Part shown: positions 20,875 through 28,909 of the stretch, in pieces
Numbering within the stretch: position 1 is the stretch's first letter
Layout of the letters: every line of letters begins with the position of its first letter
Sequence record: ON528737
Length of the DNA stretch: 64,000 nucleotides
Direction: 5' to 3' (one strand)
Source: Shigella phage ESh27
The notes under the pieces: model-generated
Databases searched by the model: none
Seen by the model: the letters and a program-made list of their open reading frames with translations, nothing else
Told to the model about the DNA's origin: nothing
Made by a program: the position numbers and the translations under genes

Positions 20875-21123
20875 ATGATTAAACAATTACAACACGCTCT
20901 TGAACTGCAACGCAACGCATGGAATAATGGCCACGAAAACTACGGCGCGTCAATTGATGTTGAAGCCGAAGCACTGGAAATCCTGCGATATTTCAAACAT
21001 CTGAATCCAGCACAGGCCGATCTTCGTGATATCCTGGCTCAGAAAGATGAATTGAAATATGCTAAGCCTCTGGCTTCAGCAGCTCGTAAAGCAGTTCGTC
21101 ATTTTGTTATTACCCTGAAGTAA
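20875..21123 (+). CDS. rIII: rIII lysis-inhibition accessory protein
   Basis: 82 aa; MIKQLQHALELQRNAWNNGHENYGASIDVEAEALEILRYFKHLNP as in T4 rIII. Confidence 0.88.
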   Translation: MIKQLQHALELQRNAWNNGHENYGASIDVEAEALEILRYFKHLNPAQADLRDILAQKDELKYAKPLASAARKAVRHFVITLK

Positions 21124-21493
21124 GTTAAATCGAGGAGCCGTCGAATTGTCTGATTATCGATTTGCGAATCGGTATGTTTTAGAAGTACCGCCCCGACAAT
21201 TTTACGGTGTACCTCTTGAATGTTGTTCTTATAACGGTAAGTGCATGCTACCCCGAGGTGATGGCTAATCGGGAGTACGCCTCAAGGCCTATATATCCAT
21301 CAGTATATATCTTATCCTCGAGAAATCGAACCCGGAACCTTTAAGCTAACGGTGTGCAACAGATAAGAGTTATAAGGTATGATGACGGGTTTATGGTTAT
21401 CCTGTCGTTAAATATCCAAAACCTATGTTCCCCTTGAGGGCTTGAGCAGGCAATGTCAATAAGTCCTGCATTTTCATTTAAAGAGAATTTATA

Positions 21494-21670
21494 ATGGCAA
21501 AACAAACTAAAGCAAAGAAAGCAGTTGAAAAGAAAGTCGGTGATTCTAAACGCGCTGGATACAAGCGTGGGTCGAACTCTCGTATTAATCAAACAGTTGA
21601 GAAGATCATGCGCAGAGCACGTGCAGTTCTTCGAGATGATGCTTCTCGTTTTGGAAAGGTTGTTGCATAA
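21494..21670 (+). CDS. Small lysine-rich hypothetical protein (58 aa, below the ORF-track cutoff)
   Basis: ATG at 21494 with upstream aaagag; MAKQTKAKKAVEKKVGDSKRAGYKRGS...; followed directly by strong terminator. Confidence 0.4.
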   Translation: MAKQTKAKKAVEKKVGDSKRAGYKRGSNSRINQTVEKIMRRARAVLRDDASRFGKVVA

Positions 21671-21675
21671 TTTTA

Positions 21676-21699
21676 GGGAGACTTCGGTCTCCCTTTTGT
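21676..21699 (+). terminator. Intrinsic terminator (GGGAGACTTCGGTCTCCC + TTTT), identical hairpin to the gene 32 terminator
   Basis: 18-nt hairpin with UUCG loop followed by T-run. Confidence 0.8.
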
Positions 21700-21729
21700 G
21701 TGTTTAGGGCAGAAAAAGTTTAAAAAGAT

Positions 21730-21758
21730 GTTTACTCTCCTGTAGGATGTGTTACTAT
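21730..21758 (+). promoter_or_regulatory. T4-type early promoter (GTTTAC ... GTGTTACTATAGAC)
   Basis: gtttac 21730-21735; tactat 21753-21758. Confidence 0.6.
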
Positions 21759-21800
21759 AGACTTGTACCACCTAATCAATAAAACAAACTGGAGAATAAA

Positions 21801-22169
21801 ATGAAAATCAATCTGAACTCATACATCGAATGTAAAGACCACGACGGTTATAAAGCTATCGAAATTAAAGAATTCCAGTGGATGTTATACAAAGAGCAAT
21901 TTGAGATCGTAGGTTGTATGACCCCTGAAGGTCCTTCAAATGATTTCTCTTGGAAAATTGTGTTAGCAAACTTTTTCACAGGTGACACATACGAATTAAA
22001 AACTATTATTACCGGTAAAATTCGTTCAGAAACATATGTTGACGAAGAAACTGGTTACTCTGAAGATGTTACATGGTATCAAAATGGACGCATTACAGCA
22101 GATAACCTTATCGAAAAAATGAAAGCCAAAGGTGTTTTAAATTTAGACAATTGGATTAAAGTTGCATAA
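21801..22169 (+). CDS. Hypothetical early protein (30.x region)
   Basis: 122 aa; SD ggagaataaaatg; own promoter. Confidence 0.5.
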   Translation: MKINLNSYIECKDHDGYKAIEIKEFQWMLYKEQFEIVGCMTPEGPSNDFSWKIVLANFFTGDTYELKTIITGKIRSETYVDEETGYSEDVTWYQNGRITADNLIEKMKAKGVLNLDNWIKVA

Positions 22170-22173
22170 AACA

Positions 22174-22202
22174 GTTTACTTTGGTACAGGTTATGTTATT
22201 AT
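22174..22202 (+). promoter_or_regulatory. T4-type early promoter (GTTTAC ... TATTATAGAC)
   Basis: gtttac 22174-22179; tattat 22197-22202. Confidence 0.6.
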
Positions 22203-22243
22203 AGACCTGTACCAACAAACAACTTAAACATCCGGAGAATAAA

Positions 22244-22609
22244 ATGAACTACATCAACTTCGAACGTAAATATGTTTCTAACGGTATCGCTGGTTCTTCT
22301 GAAGTTATTTGCTTATGGAAACACAAAAACGGTACAGTTTGTGAAATCGAACAGTGCATGACTCCTAATTACGTTTATATGCGATTTGAAAATGGCATCA
22401 CGGTTTCAATCACGATGGAAGGTTCTACTTTTAAAATCGCTTTAGATGATGATTTCCGTCAACGTGATTTAGGTACTCATCCTTGCTGGAATGGTGTTAA
22501 TCGTAAACTTCTGGTTAAAACTTGGATTCGTCATATCCTGAGTAACCGAGCTAAACCTGAACATCTCGAAGCAATCTTTGATGTAGTTCTTAATGAATTC
22601 GATATCTAA
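22244..22609 (+). CDS. Hypothetical early protein (30.x region)
   Basis: 121 aa; SD ggagaataaaatg identical to the upstream gene. Confidence 0.5.
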   Translation: MNYINFERKYVSNGIAGSSEVICLWKHKNGTVCEIEQCMTPNYVYMRFENGITVSITMEGSTFKIALDDDFRQRDLGTHPCWNGVNRKLLVKTWIRHILSNRAKPEHLEAIFDVVLNEFDI

Positions 22610-22615
22610 TTTAAC

Positions 22616-22633
22616 TGGGAGCTTCGGCTCCCA
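22616..22633 (+). terminator. Hairpin TGGGAGCTTCGGCTCCCA (UUCG loop); weak or no T-tract
   Basis: Perfect 7-bp stem; followed by attgagg then ATG at 22649. Confidence 0.35.
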
Positions 22634-22648
22634 ATTGAGGAAAATATT

Positions 22649-22936
22649 ATGTTTATGACCACTTATTTTGATACCCGCAAAAACTTTTGTGAAGTTGTTT
22701 TCTCTAAAGCACCTAAAGACCTTCCGGCCCATTTGCAACCTACTAGCGAGTCAATTAAACACTATGTCAACGTAGTATGTCCTTTGGAGTTTCGTACAGT
22801 AAATGGGCATGATACTTTAGCTATCACTAAACTTAATCGTGAAATTGACATCGATCCTTCGATCGCAAGTGAAATTAACATTTCTGATATTGGCGGCGGT
22901 AATGTTAAATCACATGGCTTTCAGATGAGGTTCTAA
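22649..22936 (+). CDS. Hypothetical protein (30.x region)
   Basis: 95 aa ORF. Confidence 0.45.
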   Translation: MFMTTYFDTRKNFCEVVFSKAPKDLPAHLQPTSESIKHYVNVVCPLEFRTVNGHDTLAITKLNREIDIDPSIASEINISDIGGGNVKSHGFQMRF

Positions 22937-22940
22937 TAAA

Positions 22941-23159
22941 ATGCTTAAAAAATTAATCAAGAAATTGTTTGGTACGGAAATGATTGAAGTTACTTATCGT
23001 GTAACAGACGTTTTTCCATATTATGCAGAAAACCGTTTAGAACCATACGTTACGTCAATTAAAATGCCTAAAAATGACGGAAATTTATCTATCGAAGACC
23101 GTATACCTGGTTATGGTCATTGGGCTGATGTTGAAATTATAAGTGTTAAAGATGTCTGA
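22941..23159 (+). CDS. Hypothetical protein (30.x region)
   Basis: 72 aa ORF. Confidence 0.45.
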   Translation: MLKKLIKKLFGTEMIEVTYRVTDVFPYYAENRLEPYVTSIKMPKNDGNLSIEDRIPGYGHWADVEIISVKDV

Positions 23160-23610
23160 ATTAGAAATAAGAAGTAATTTCAAATGGCCGTCATGTGCAT
23201 TAAGTAATTTCGCCCAATGGCCTTTTGTCATGGATGGTATTCAATTCGGAGGTCTTGAAGGATTTCTCCAAGGATGTAAGGTGAAAAATGTTGAACATCA
23301 AAGACGTATATTTGGGTTGTCTGGATTGGCTGCACAGCAAGCTGGAAGGTCTTATGCAAGAGCTCAGGGCCATGGGACTCTCTTCTGGTTAGGAGTTCCA
23401 TTTTCAAGATACTCTGAAGCGTGGAAAGAATTATACACAAATGCATATTTTGAAGCAGCGATCCAAAACAAGGGGTTTCGCGATGCCTTACAAGCCTCTA
23501 AAGGAAAAATTTTGAAGCATAGCATGGCCAGCCACCTAACAAAAGATGATACAATACTAACTGAAGCTGAATTTATTGATGTGTTAAACCTATTAAGAGA
23601 CTCTTTATGA
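23152..23610 (+). CDS. NADAR / YbiA-like (DUF1768) domain protein
   Basis: ATG at 23152 overlapping upstream stop; LSNFAQWPFVMDGIQFGGLEGFLQGCK resembles the YbiA/NADAR core (FSNFAAWP..DG..W.TSEHYFQAQKF). Confidence 0.55.
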   Translation: MSELEIRSNFKWPSCALSNFAQWPFVMDGIQFGGLEGFLQGCKVKNVEHQRRIFGLSGLAAQQAGRSYARAQGHGTLFWLGVPFSRYSEAWKELYTNAYFEAAIQNKGFRDALQASKGKILKHSMASHLTKDDTILTEAEFIDVLNLLRDSL

Positions 23611-24425
23611 AGCCTACTATTTTGACTGATATTGATGGTGTATGTTTAAGCTGGCAATCTGGACTTCCTTATTTTGCCCAAAAATATAATCTTCCATTAG
23701 AACATATTTTAAAAATGATTCAGGACGAAAAATTTATTTCTCCTGGTAAACTATTCAATACCGACGATAACCTCGGTAAACAATTAATAGAAAAATATAA
23801 TCGCTCTGATTTTATTCGTTACTTAGCGCCTTATTCGGATGCTCTTCGAGTTATCAATAAACTAAAAGAAGACTATAATTTTGTAGCCGTAACGGCGTTA
23901 GGTGATTCAATTGATGCTCGATTGAATAGACAATTTAATTTGAATGCTTTGTTCCCAGGCGCTTTCTCTGAAGTAATGATGTGTGGTCATGATTCTTCAA
24001 AGGAACAATTATTCGAACTAGCTAAAACAAAATATAACGTAATTTGTTACGTTGACGATTTAGCTCATCATTGTGACCATGCGGCAGAAATTCTTAATGT
24101 ACCGATTTATTGGTTGGCCCGTGGTGAACGTGATGATATTCCTCGTACTGCACAACGTGTACACACGTGGGATGATATTGAATCTCGTTTGGTTCCACCC
24201 GAGCATAATTCAGATTCAGATCGTGAAGACCTTTTAAAACGATTGGCGGATTTGCTTAAAGAATCTGGTGCAACAAGTCCAGGTGCATGGCCTAATCAAA
24301 TTGGTGGCCCCTCGACAACACGTACTCCATATACCTGGCGAACCCCAGGACCAACCGATATGCAGCCATGGTGGACGATTCAAAACTTTCCTTTAGATTC
24401 GTCTAAATGGACTATAAATTGTTAA
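23607..24425 (+). CDS. HAD-superfamily hydrolase-like protein (possible nucleotidase/phosphatase) with unusual Pro/Thr/Trp-rich C-terminal tail
   Basis: 272 aa; N-terminal HAD motif I ILTDIDGV, downstream YVDD; ATGA-coupled to the NADAR gene. Confidence 0.5.
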   Translation: MKPTILTDIDGVCLSWQSGLPYFAQKYNLPLEHILKMIQDEKFISPGKLFNTDDNLGKQLIEKYNRSDFIRYLAPYSDALRVINKLKEDYNFVAVTALGDSIDARLNRQFNLNALFPGAFSEVMMCGHDSSKEQLFELAKTKYNVICYVDDLAHHCDHAAEILNVPIYWLARGERDDIPRTAQRVHTWDDIESRLVPPEHNSDSDREDLLKRLADLLKESGATSPGAWPNQIGGPSTTRTPYTWRTPGPTDMQPWWTIQNFPLDSSKWTINC

Positions 24426-24434
24426 GGGTTAATT

Positions 24435-24704
24435 ATGTTTGTAGTTCATGATATTACAGATGGCAAAAATACCACACGTGACTACGGTCACGTTAACATG
24501 TTCTTTCGAGACTGGCCGTTGTTTCGTTCAGTAAAAGACGCAGAAATATTTAAAGAGTGTGTTGAACAAGGGTTCATCTACATTTCAGAATATTATGTTG
24601 AAGGACTCGGTAAACGGGTTACCACTTATCAGAAAACGCTGAAATCGCTTCTAGATGAAGTGGCTTATAATAGAACCGTAACCAAAATCGAGGATATCAA
24701 ATGA
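24435..24704 (+). CDS. Hypothetical protein (30.1 position)
   Basis: 89 aa ORF. Confidence 0.5.
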   Translation: MFVVHDITDGKNTTRDYGHVNMFFRDWPLFRSVKDAEIFKECVEQGFIYISEYYVEGLGKRVTTYQKTLKSLLDEVAYNRTVTKIEDIK

Positions 24705-26194
24705 TTTTAGATATTTTAAACCAAATAGCTGCGATCGGTTCTACTAAAACAAAACAGGAAATCCTTAAGAAAAATAAGGACAACAAATTACTTGAACGTG
24801 TGTATCGTTTAACATATGCACGTGGTATCCAGTATTATATTAAGAAATGGCCAGGACCAGGTGAAAGGTCCCAAGCATATGGTCTTCTTGAATTAGATGA
24901 CATGTTGGATTTTATTGAGTTCACATTAGCCACTCGTAAACTCACTGGTAATGCTGCAATTAAAGAGCTCATGGGTTATATCGCTGATGGTAAACCTGAT
25001 GATGTAGAAGTCCTTCGTCGTGTAATGATGCGCGACCTTGAAGTAGGTGCTTCAGTGTCTATCGCGAATAAGGTGTGGCCTGGTCTTATTCAATTGCAAC
25101 CACAGATGTTAGCATCTGCATATGATGAGAAATTGATTACTAAAAATATTAAATGGCCCGCATTTGCCCAATTAAAAGCAGATGGTGCTCGTTGTTTCGC
25201 TGAAGTTCGCGATGATGGTGTTCAATTCTTTTCTCGCGCCGGTAACGAATACCATGGTCTTACCCTATTAGCAGATGAACTAATGGAAATGACTAAAGAA
25301 GCTCGTGAAAGACACCCTAATGGGGTTTTAATTGATGGTGAATTAGTTTATCATTCATTTGATATTAAAAAGGCTGTGAGCTCAGGAAATGACCTGTCGT
25401 TCTTATTTGGCGATAATGAAGAATCCGAAGAAGTACAAGTTGCAGACCGTAGCACTTCAAACGGTTTAGCAAATAAATCTCTTCAAGGGACTATTTCTCC
25501 TAAAGAAGCTGAAGGTATGGTTCTTCAAGCCTGGGACTATGTTCCTTTAGATGAAGTCTATTCTGATGGCAAAATTAAAGGTCAGAAATACGATGTTCGT
25601 TTTGCTGCTCTTGAAAATATGGCTGAAGGCTTTAAACGAATTGAGCCAATTGAAAATCAGTTAGTTCGTAATCTTGACGAAGCTAAAGTGGTTTATAAAA
25701 AATATGTTGACCAAGGTCTTGAAGGTATTATCCTTAAAAACCGTGATTCATATTGGGAAAACAAACGCTCTAAGAACCTAATTAAATTTAAAGAAGTTAT
25801 TGATATCGCTTTAGAAGTTGTAGGATACTATGAACACTCTAAAGACCCTAACAAATTGGGTGGTGTCGAACTCGTATCACGTTGTCGTCGTATTACAACT
25901 GATTGTGGTTCAGGTTTTAAAGATACAACTCATAAAACAGTTGACGGTGTAAAGGTTCTTATTCCTTTAGACGAGCGTCATGATTTAGACCGTGAACGAT
26001 TAATGACCGAAGCTCGTGAAGGTAAATTGATCGGACGTATCGCTGATTGCGAATGTAATGGTTGGGTTCATTCTAAAGGCCGTGAAGGTACTGTAGGTAT
26101 TTTCCTTCCAATTATTAAAGGGTTCCGTTTTGATAAAACAGAAGCGGATTCATTTGAAGACGTATTTGGACCGTGGTCCCAGACAGGTTTATAA
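24701..26194 (+). CDS. 30: ATP-dependent DNA ligase
   Basis: 497 aa; adenylation motif KADGAR, EGIILK, C-terminal FEDVFG; matches T4 DNA ligase. Confidence 0.95.
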   Translation: MILDILNQIAAIGSTKTKQEILKKNKDNKLLERVYRLTYARGIQYYIKKWPGPGERSQAYGLLELDDMLDFIEFTLATRKLTGNAAIKELMGYIADGKPDDVEVLRRVMMRDLEVGASVSIANKVWPGLIQLQPQMLASAYDEKLITKNIKWPAFAQLKADGARCFAEVRDDGVQFFSRAGNEYHGLTLLADELMEMTKEARERHPNGVLIDGELVYHSFDIKKAVSSGNDLSFLFGDNEESEEVQVADRSTSNGLANKSLQGTISPKEAEGMVLQAWDYVPLDEVYSDGKIKGQKYDVRFAALENMAEGFKRIEPIENQLVRNLDEAKVVYKKYVDQGLEGIILKNRDSYWENKRSKNLIKFKEVIDIALEVVGYYEHSKDPNKLGGVELVSRCRRITTDCGSGFKDTTHKTVDGVKVLIPLDERHDLDRERLMTEAREGKLIGRIADCECNGWVHSKGREGTVGIFLPIIKGFRFDKTEADSFEDVFGPWSQTGL

Positions 26195-26382
26195 TGAAAG
26201 CTTATTTAGAAACAGTTATTGTAGCTAAGAAGGATGGTGGAGATGTTTCCACCTCTTGCTCTCAGATTATATTAGATTTTCCTAATGAAAATTCGTATCG
26301 GGTTTTTGTAGATAACGTTAATGGGTACGAAAAAGGCCCTAATTTTGAAGTTTATCGTACTTTGCTCCCGATTGTGGATTAA
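26194..26382 (+). CDS. Hypothetical protein (alt.1 position)
   Basis: ATG overlapping ligase stop (TAATG); ~62 aa. Confidence 0.45.
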   Translation: MKAYLETVIVAKKDGGDVSTSCSQIILDFPNENSYRVFVDNVNGYEKGPNFEVYRTLLPIVD

Positions 26383-26401
26383 GAGCCTTCGGGCTCTTTT
26401 T
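26382..26401 (+). terminator. Intrinsic terminator (GAGCCTTCGGGCTC + TTTTT)
   Basis: UUCG-loop hairpin followed by T5. Confidence 0.75.
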
Positions 26402-26437
26402 GGCATAAATATAAATTATTACTAAAAGGAAAACACT

Positions 26438-28525
26438 ATGTCTGAACAATTAAATGAAGTGTTTGAATCTGAAGGCAGTCTTCCTGTCGTCAATTTGAAC
26501 CCTAAAGCTAAAGTTCCACAAGTCTGGAAAATTGGTGATATCGATACAAATATTGTAGTTCGTTTATTCTCTTACCTTTCTGAAGGCGATGCTGTAAAAC
26601 AAGTTAAACTTGGTGACAAATACGCTCATGTCGTTATTATGAGTCTGTCTGAAAAGGGTAATCTCGCTGAATTGAAAAATGGCCTTGGTCCTGCTCCTAT
26701 TGATGCAATCAACACCATTTTCAATACAGTGTATGAACAGGTTAAAGCTCTTCGTATGGATGCAGTTCTGTTTCGATTCCCTACCAAGAAATTGAAAGGA
26801 CGTGGACAGCAGCTTCAAACTCTTCTTGCTCGTTTAGTTTCTACTAAAACCGGTGGTCGTTTTAAAGTATTGTCTGCAATGTATCAATTCACAGGTAAAC
26901 ACACATATGTGATGATGGTTCGTAAAAATGCCAACATTGAAGATATTAAAGGCATCCCTAACATTAACACAGAGTTGTACACGAAAGTAGATTCTGATGT
27001 TGGCGAAGTTTATGTGAGTAAAAAGACCGGCGAAAAAGTCACCAAAGAAACGGCTATCGCTGGTTCTATTGCTGCTGTAGAAGAAAAACGTAAAGATAAG
27101 CCTGTTATTGCTCGTACTAAAATTTCTCGTCGTGCTATTGCAGCAAGCCAATCTTTAGAAGCAGATCGCCAAGAAGGTGAGCTATTCCAGAAATACGAAA
27201 ATTCTGCTAAAGAAGTTAGTGGCCCAGCTACAGCCGAATTACTTCCTGAAGCATATGAAATCGTACTAGCCCAAGCATCGTCCACAGCAAAAGGCACTTT
27301 AGTTGCTGATATCGAAAATAAGATTTATAATCGTATTGATGAATCCTTTAGATTTGCTGATGAAGTTTCTTATGGTAGTGTTATTAAGCCGACTTTAGAA
27401 AAGTTTGCTAAGAAAATTAAAACCGAAAAAACAACATCTGTTAAAGCATTAGCTGCTTTTGTTGAAGCTGCAAATGAAATTGCAGACTCTATTAAAGACG
27501 AATGGTTTGAAGATTTTAGACGAGATAATTTCCAACTGGCTGACGACGTTTTAGCTGAAGTATCTGAAAAAACTTGGAAACAACGTAAATCAGCGTTCTT
27601 GTCTAATGTGATGTATACTTATGCACGAGAATCGGCCAGAGGCACCTTTAATATAACAATGAATCGGGACCCTAAACAATACTCTGTTGCTGAAAAACGA
27701 GCTATTCGTGAATATGCCTCTTCTGCGTATACCGATATCAATAATATGTTGTTAGGTCGTTATAAACCGGATTTTTATGATGTTGCAGATGAAGATGAAG
27801 TTAAACGCGCTATTGATGGTCTTGATTCGGCGTTTTTAAATGGAGACCGTTTACCTGAAGGACTAACGTTATATAGAGCCCAGTCTATCAGAATGCCTAT
27901 TTACGAAGCAATGGTTAAAAATAAGGTATTCTACTTCAGAAACTATGTTTCTACTTCATTAGCTCCTATTATTTTCGGCGGGTTTAAAGAGAACGTTGCC
28001 CTTGGACTTGCTCCTGAAGAAGTTCGCAAAGAGCTTAACATTGACAATAATGACGAAGGTGTTACTATTTCTCCTAGTCAAGTAAGAACAGCTATGCATG
28101 CACCAGAACAAATCCGTGTTAACGTTGGATGGGCTATTGATGGCGCTCATAAAGTTAACGTGATTTACCCAGGACAGTTGAGTAATCACCCTAATGAGCA
28201 AGAAATTATTTTGCCTAGAGGCATTCTCTTGCAGATAAATAAAATTACAGATGCGTCATCTGATACCGGTGCAGGTTTAGAATCAAACCTTAAATTTATT
28301 CAAGCTGAAGTTATGTCCTCAGACCAGTTGGATGAAGCTGTCATTTACGATGGTGATGTTCTCATGGAAACAGGCGAGGTGGTTGCTATGACGGGTGAAA
28401 TCGAATCAGATGAGCCGGTATCTTTTGCCTCATTCGTAGAAATAAACAGTGCACCTAAAGGATTGAAACTGTTAGCATCTTTAATGGATTTGGAATCGGT
28501 TCCATTTAAATTTGTTCAAGGATAG
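26438..28525 (+). CDS. alt: Alt mono-ADP-ribosyltransferase (packaged; modifies host RNA polymerase)
   Basis: 695 aa (T4 Alt ~682 aa); C-terminal ART motifs R (LYRAQS), STS (YVSTSLAP), Q/ExE (NEQEIILPRG); position between gene 30 and gene 54. Confidence 0.85.
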   Translation: MSEQLNEVFESEGSLPVVNLNPKAKVPQVWKIGDIDTNIVVRLFSYLSEGDAVKQVKLGDKYAHVVIMSLSEKGNLAELKNGLGPAPIDAINTIFNTVYEQVKALRMDAVLFRFPTKKLKGRGQQLQTLLARLVSTKTGGRFKVLSAMYQFTGKHTYVMMVRKNANIEDIKGIPNINTELYTKVDSDVGEVYVSKKTGEKVTKETAIAGSIAAVEEKRKDKPVIARTKISRRAIAASQSLEADRQEGELFQKYENSAKEVSGPATAELLPEAYEIVLAQASSTAKGTLVADIENKIYNRIDESFRFADEVSYGSVIKPTLEKFAKKIKTEKTTSVKALAAFVEAANEIADSIKDEWFEDFRRDNFQLADDVLAEVSEKTWKQRKSAFLSNVMYTYARESARGTFNITMNRDPKQYSVAEKRAIREYASSAYTDINNMLLGRYKPDFYDVADEDEVKRAIDGLDSAFLNGDRLPEGLTLYRAQSIRMPIYEAMVKNKVFYFRNYVSTSLAPIIFGGFKENVALGLAPEEVRKELNIDNNDEGVTISPSQVRTAMHAPEQIRVNVGWAIDGAHKVNVIYPGQLSNHPNEQEIILPRGILLQINKITDASSDTGAGLESNLKFIQAEVMSSDQLDEAVIYDGDVLMETGEVVAMTGEIESDEPVSFASFVEINSAPKGLKLLASLMDLESVPFKFVQG

Positions 28526-28554
28526 TTTACAAGCACATGGATGTGTGATACTAT
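28525..28554 (+). promoter_or_regulatory. T4-type early promoter (GTTTAC ... TGATACTAT)
   Basis: gtttac 28525-28530; tactat 28549-28554. Confidence 0.55.
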
Positions 28555-28583
28555 CATCCCATCAACAACATGAGGAAAACGTT

Positions 28584-28877
28584 ATGAAATCTATGCTTCG
28601 CTTTAATGGTCAAGAACTAGTAGTTGAAGATGTTATCCCAGCGGATGATGCTTTTAACGAAGCCGTGATTGACGAATTGAATCGAGTATTCCCAGGTGCA
28701 TTCCATATTGCTATGGAACCTCTTAAAAACTTTCGTGACCCTGAGCACACCGACCAAATTTTTATCGGTGTGGTGACAGGTCATTTAGAAACAGAGGTAC
28801 CAATGGTTGTATTAGTTAAATACTCTAAAGATGATACTCCATTCCGAGCACCAGCATTCCTTTCATTCCGTAAATAA
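28584..28877 (+). CDS. Hypothetical protein (alt.-1 position)
   Basis: ATG at 28584 with SD gagga; ~97 aa. Confidence 0.5.
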   Translation: MKSMLRFNGQELVVEDVIPADDAFNEAVIDELNRVFPGAFHIAMEPLKNFRDPEHTDQIFIGVVTGHLETEVPMVVLVKYSKDDTPFRAPAFLSFRK

Positions 28878-28886
28878 ACCCCTAAA

Positions 28887-28908
28887 GGGAGACAACGTCT
28901 CCCTTTTT
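28887..28908 (+). terminator. Intrinsic terminator (GGGAGACAACGTCTCCC + TTTTT) at early/late convergence point
   Basis: 7-bp stem hairpin plus T5 between plus-strand early genes and minus-strand gene 54. Confidence 0.75.
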
Positions 28909-28909
28909 C

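Noticed and set aside
21301-21380. Possible tRNA in the rIII-downstream island (GGTTCGATT-like T-loop on the minus strand)
   Set aside because: Could not assemble a cloverleaf: the T-stem and acceptor stem do not pair; left as an unexplained non-coding island.
21341-21707. Track ORFs 21341-21592 (minus) and 21525-21707 (plus, TTG start)
   Set aside because: Junk-like translations; the plus ORF runs through the terminator hairpin; the ATG-initiated 58-aa frame at 21494-21670 is the more plausible gene.
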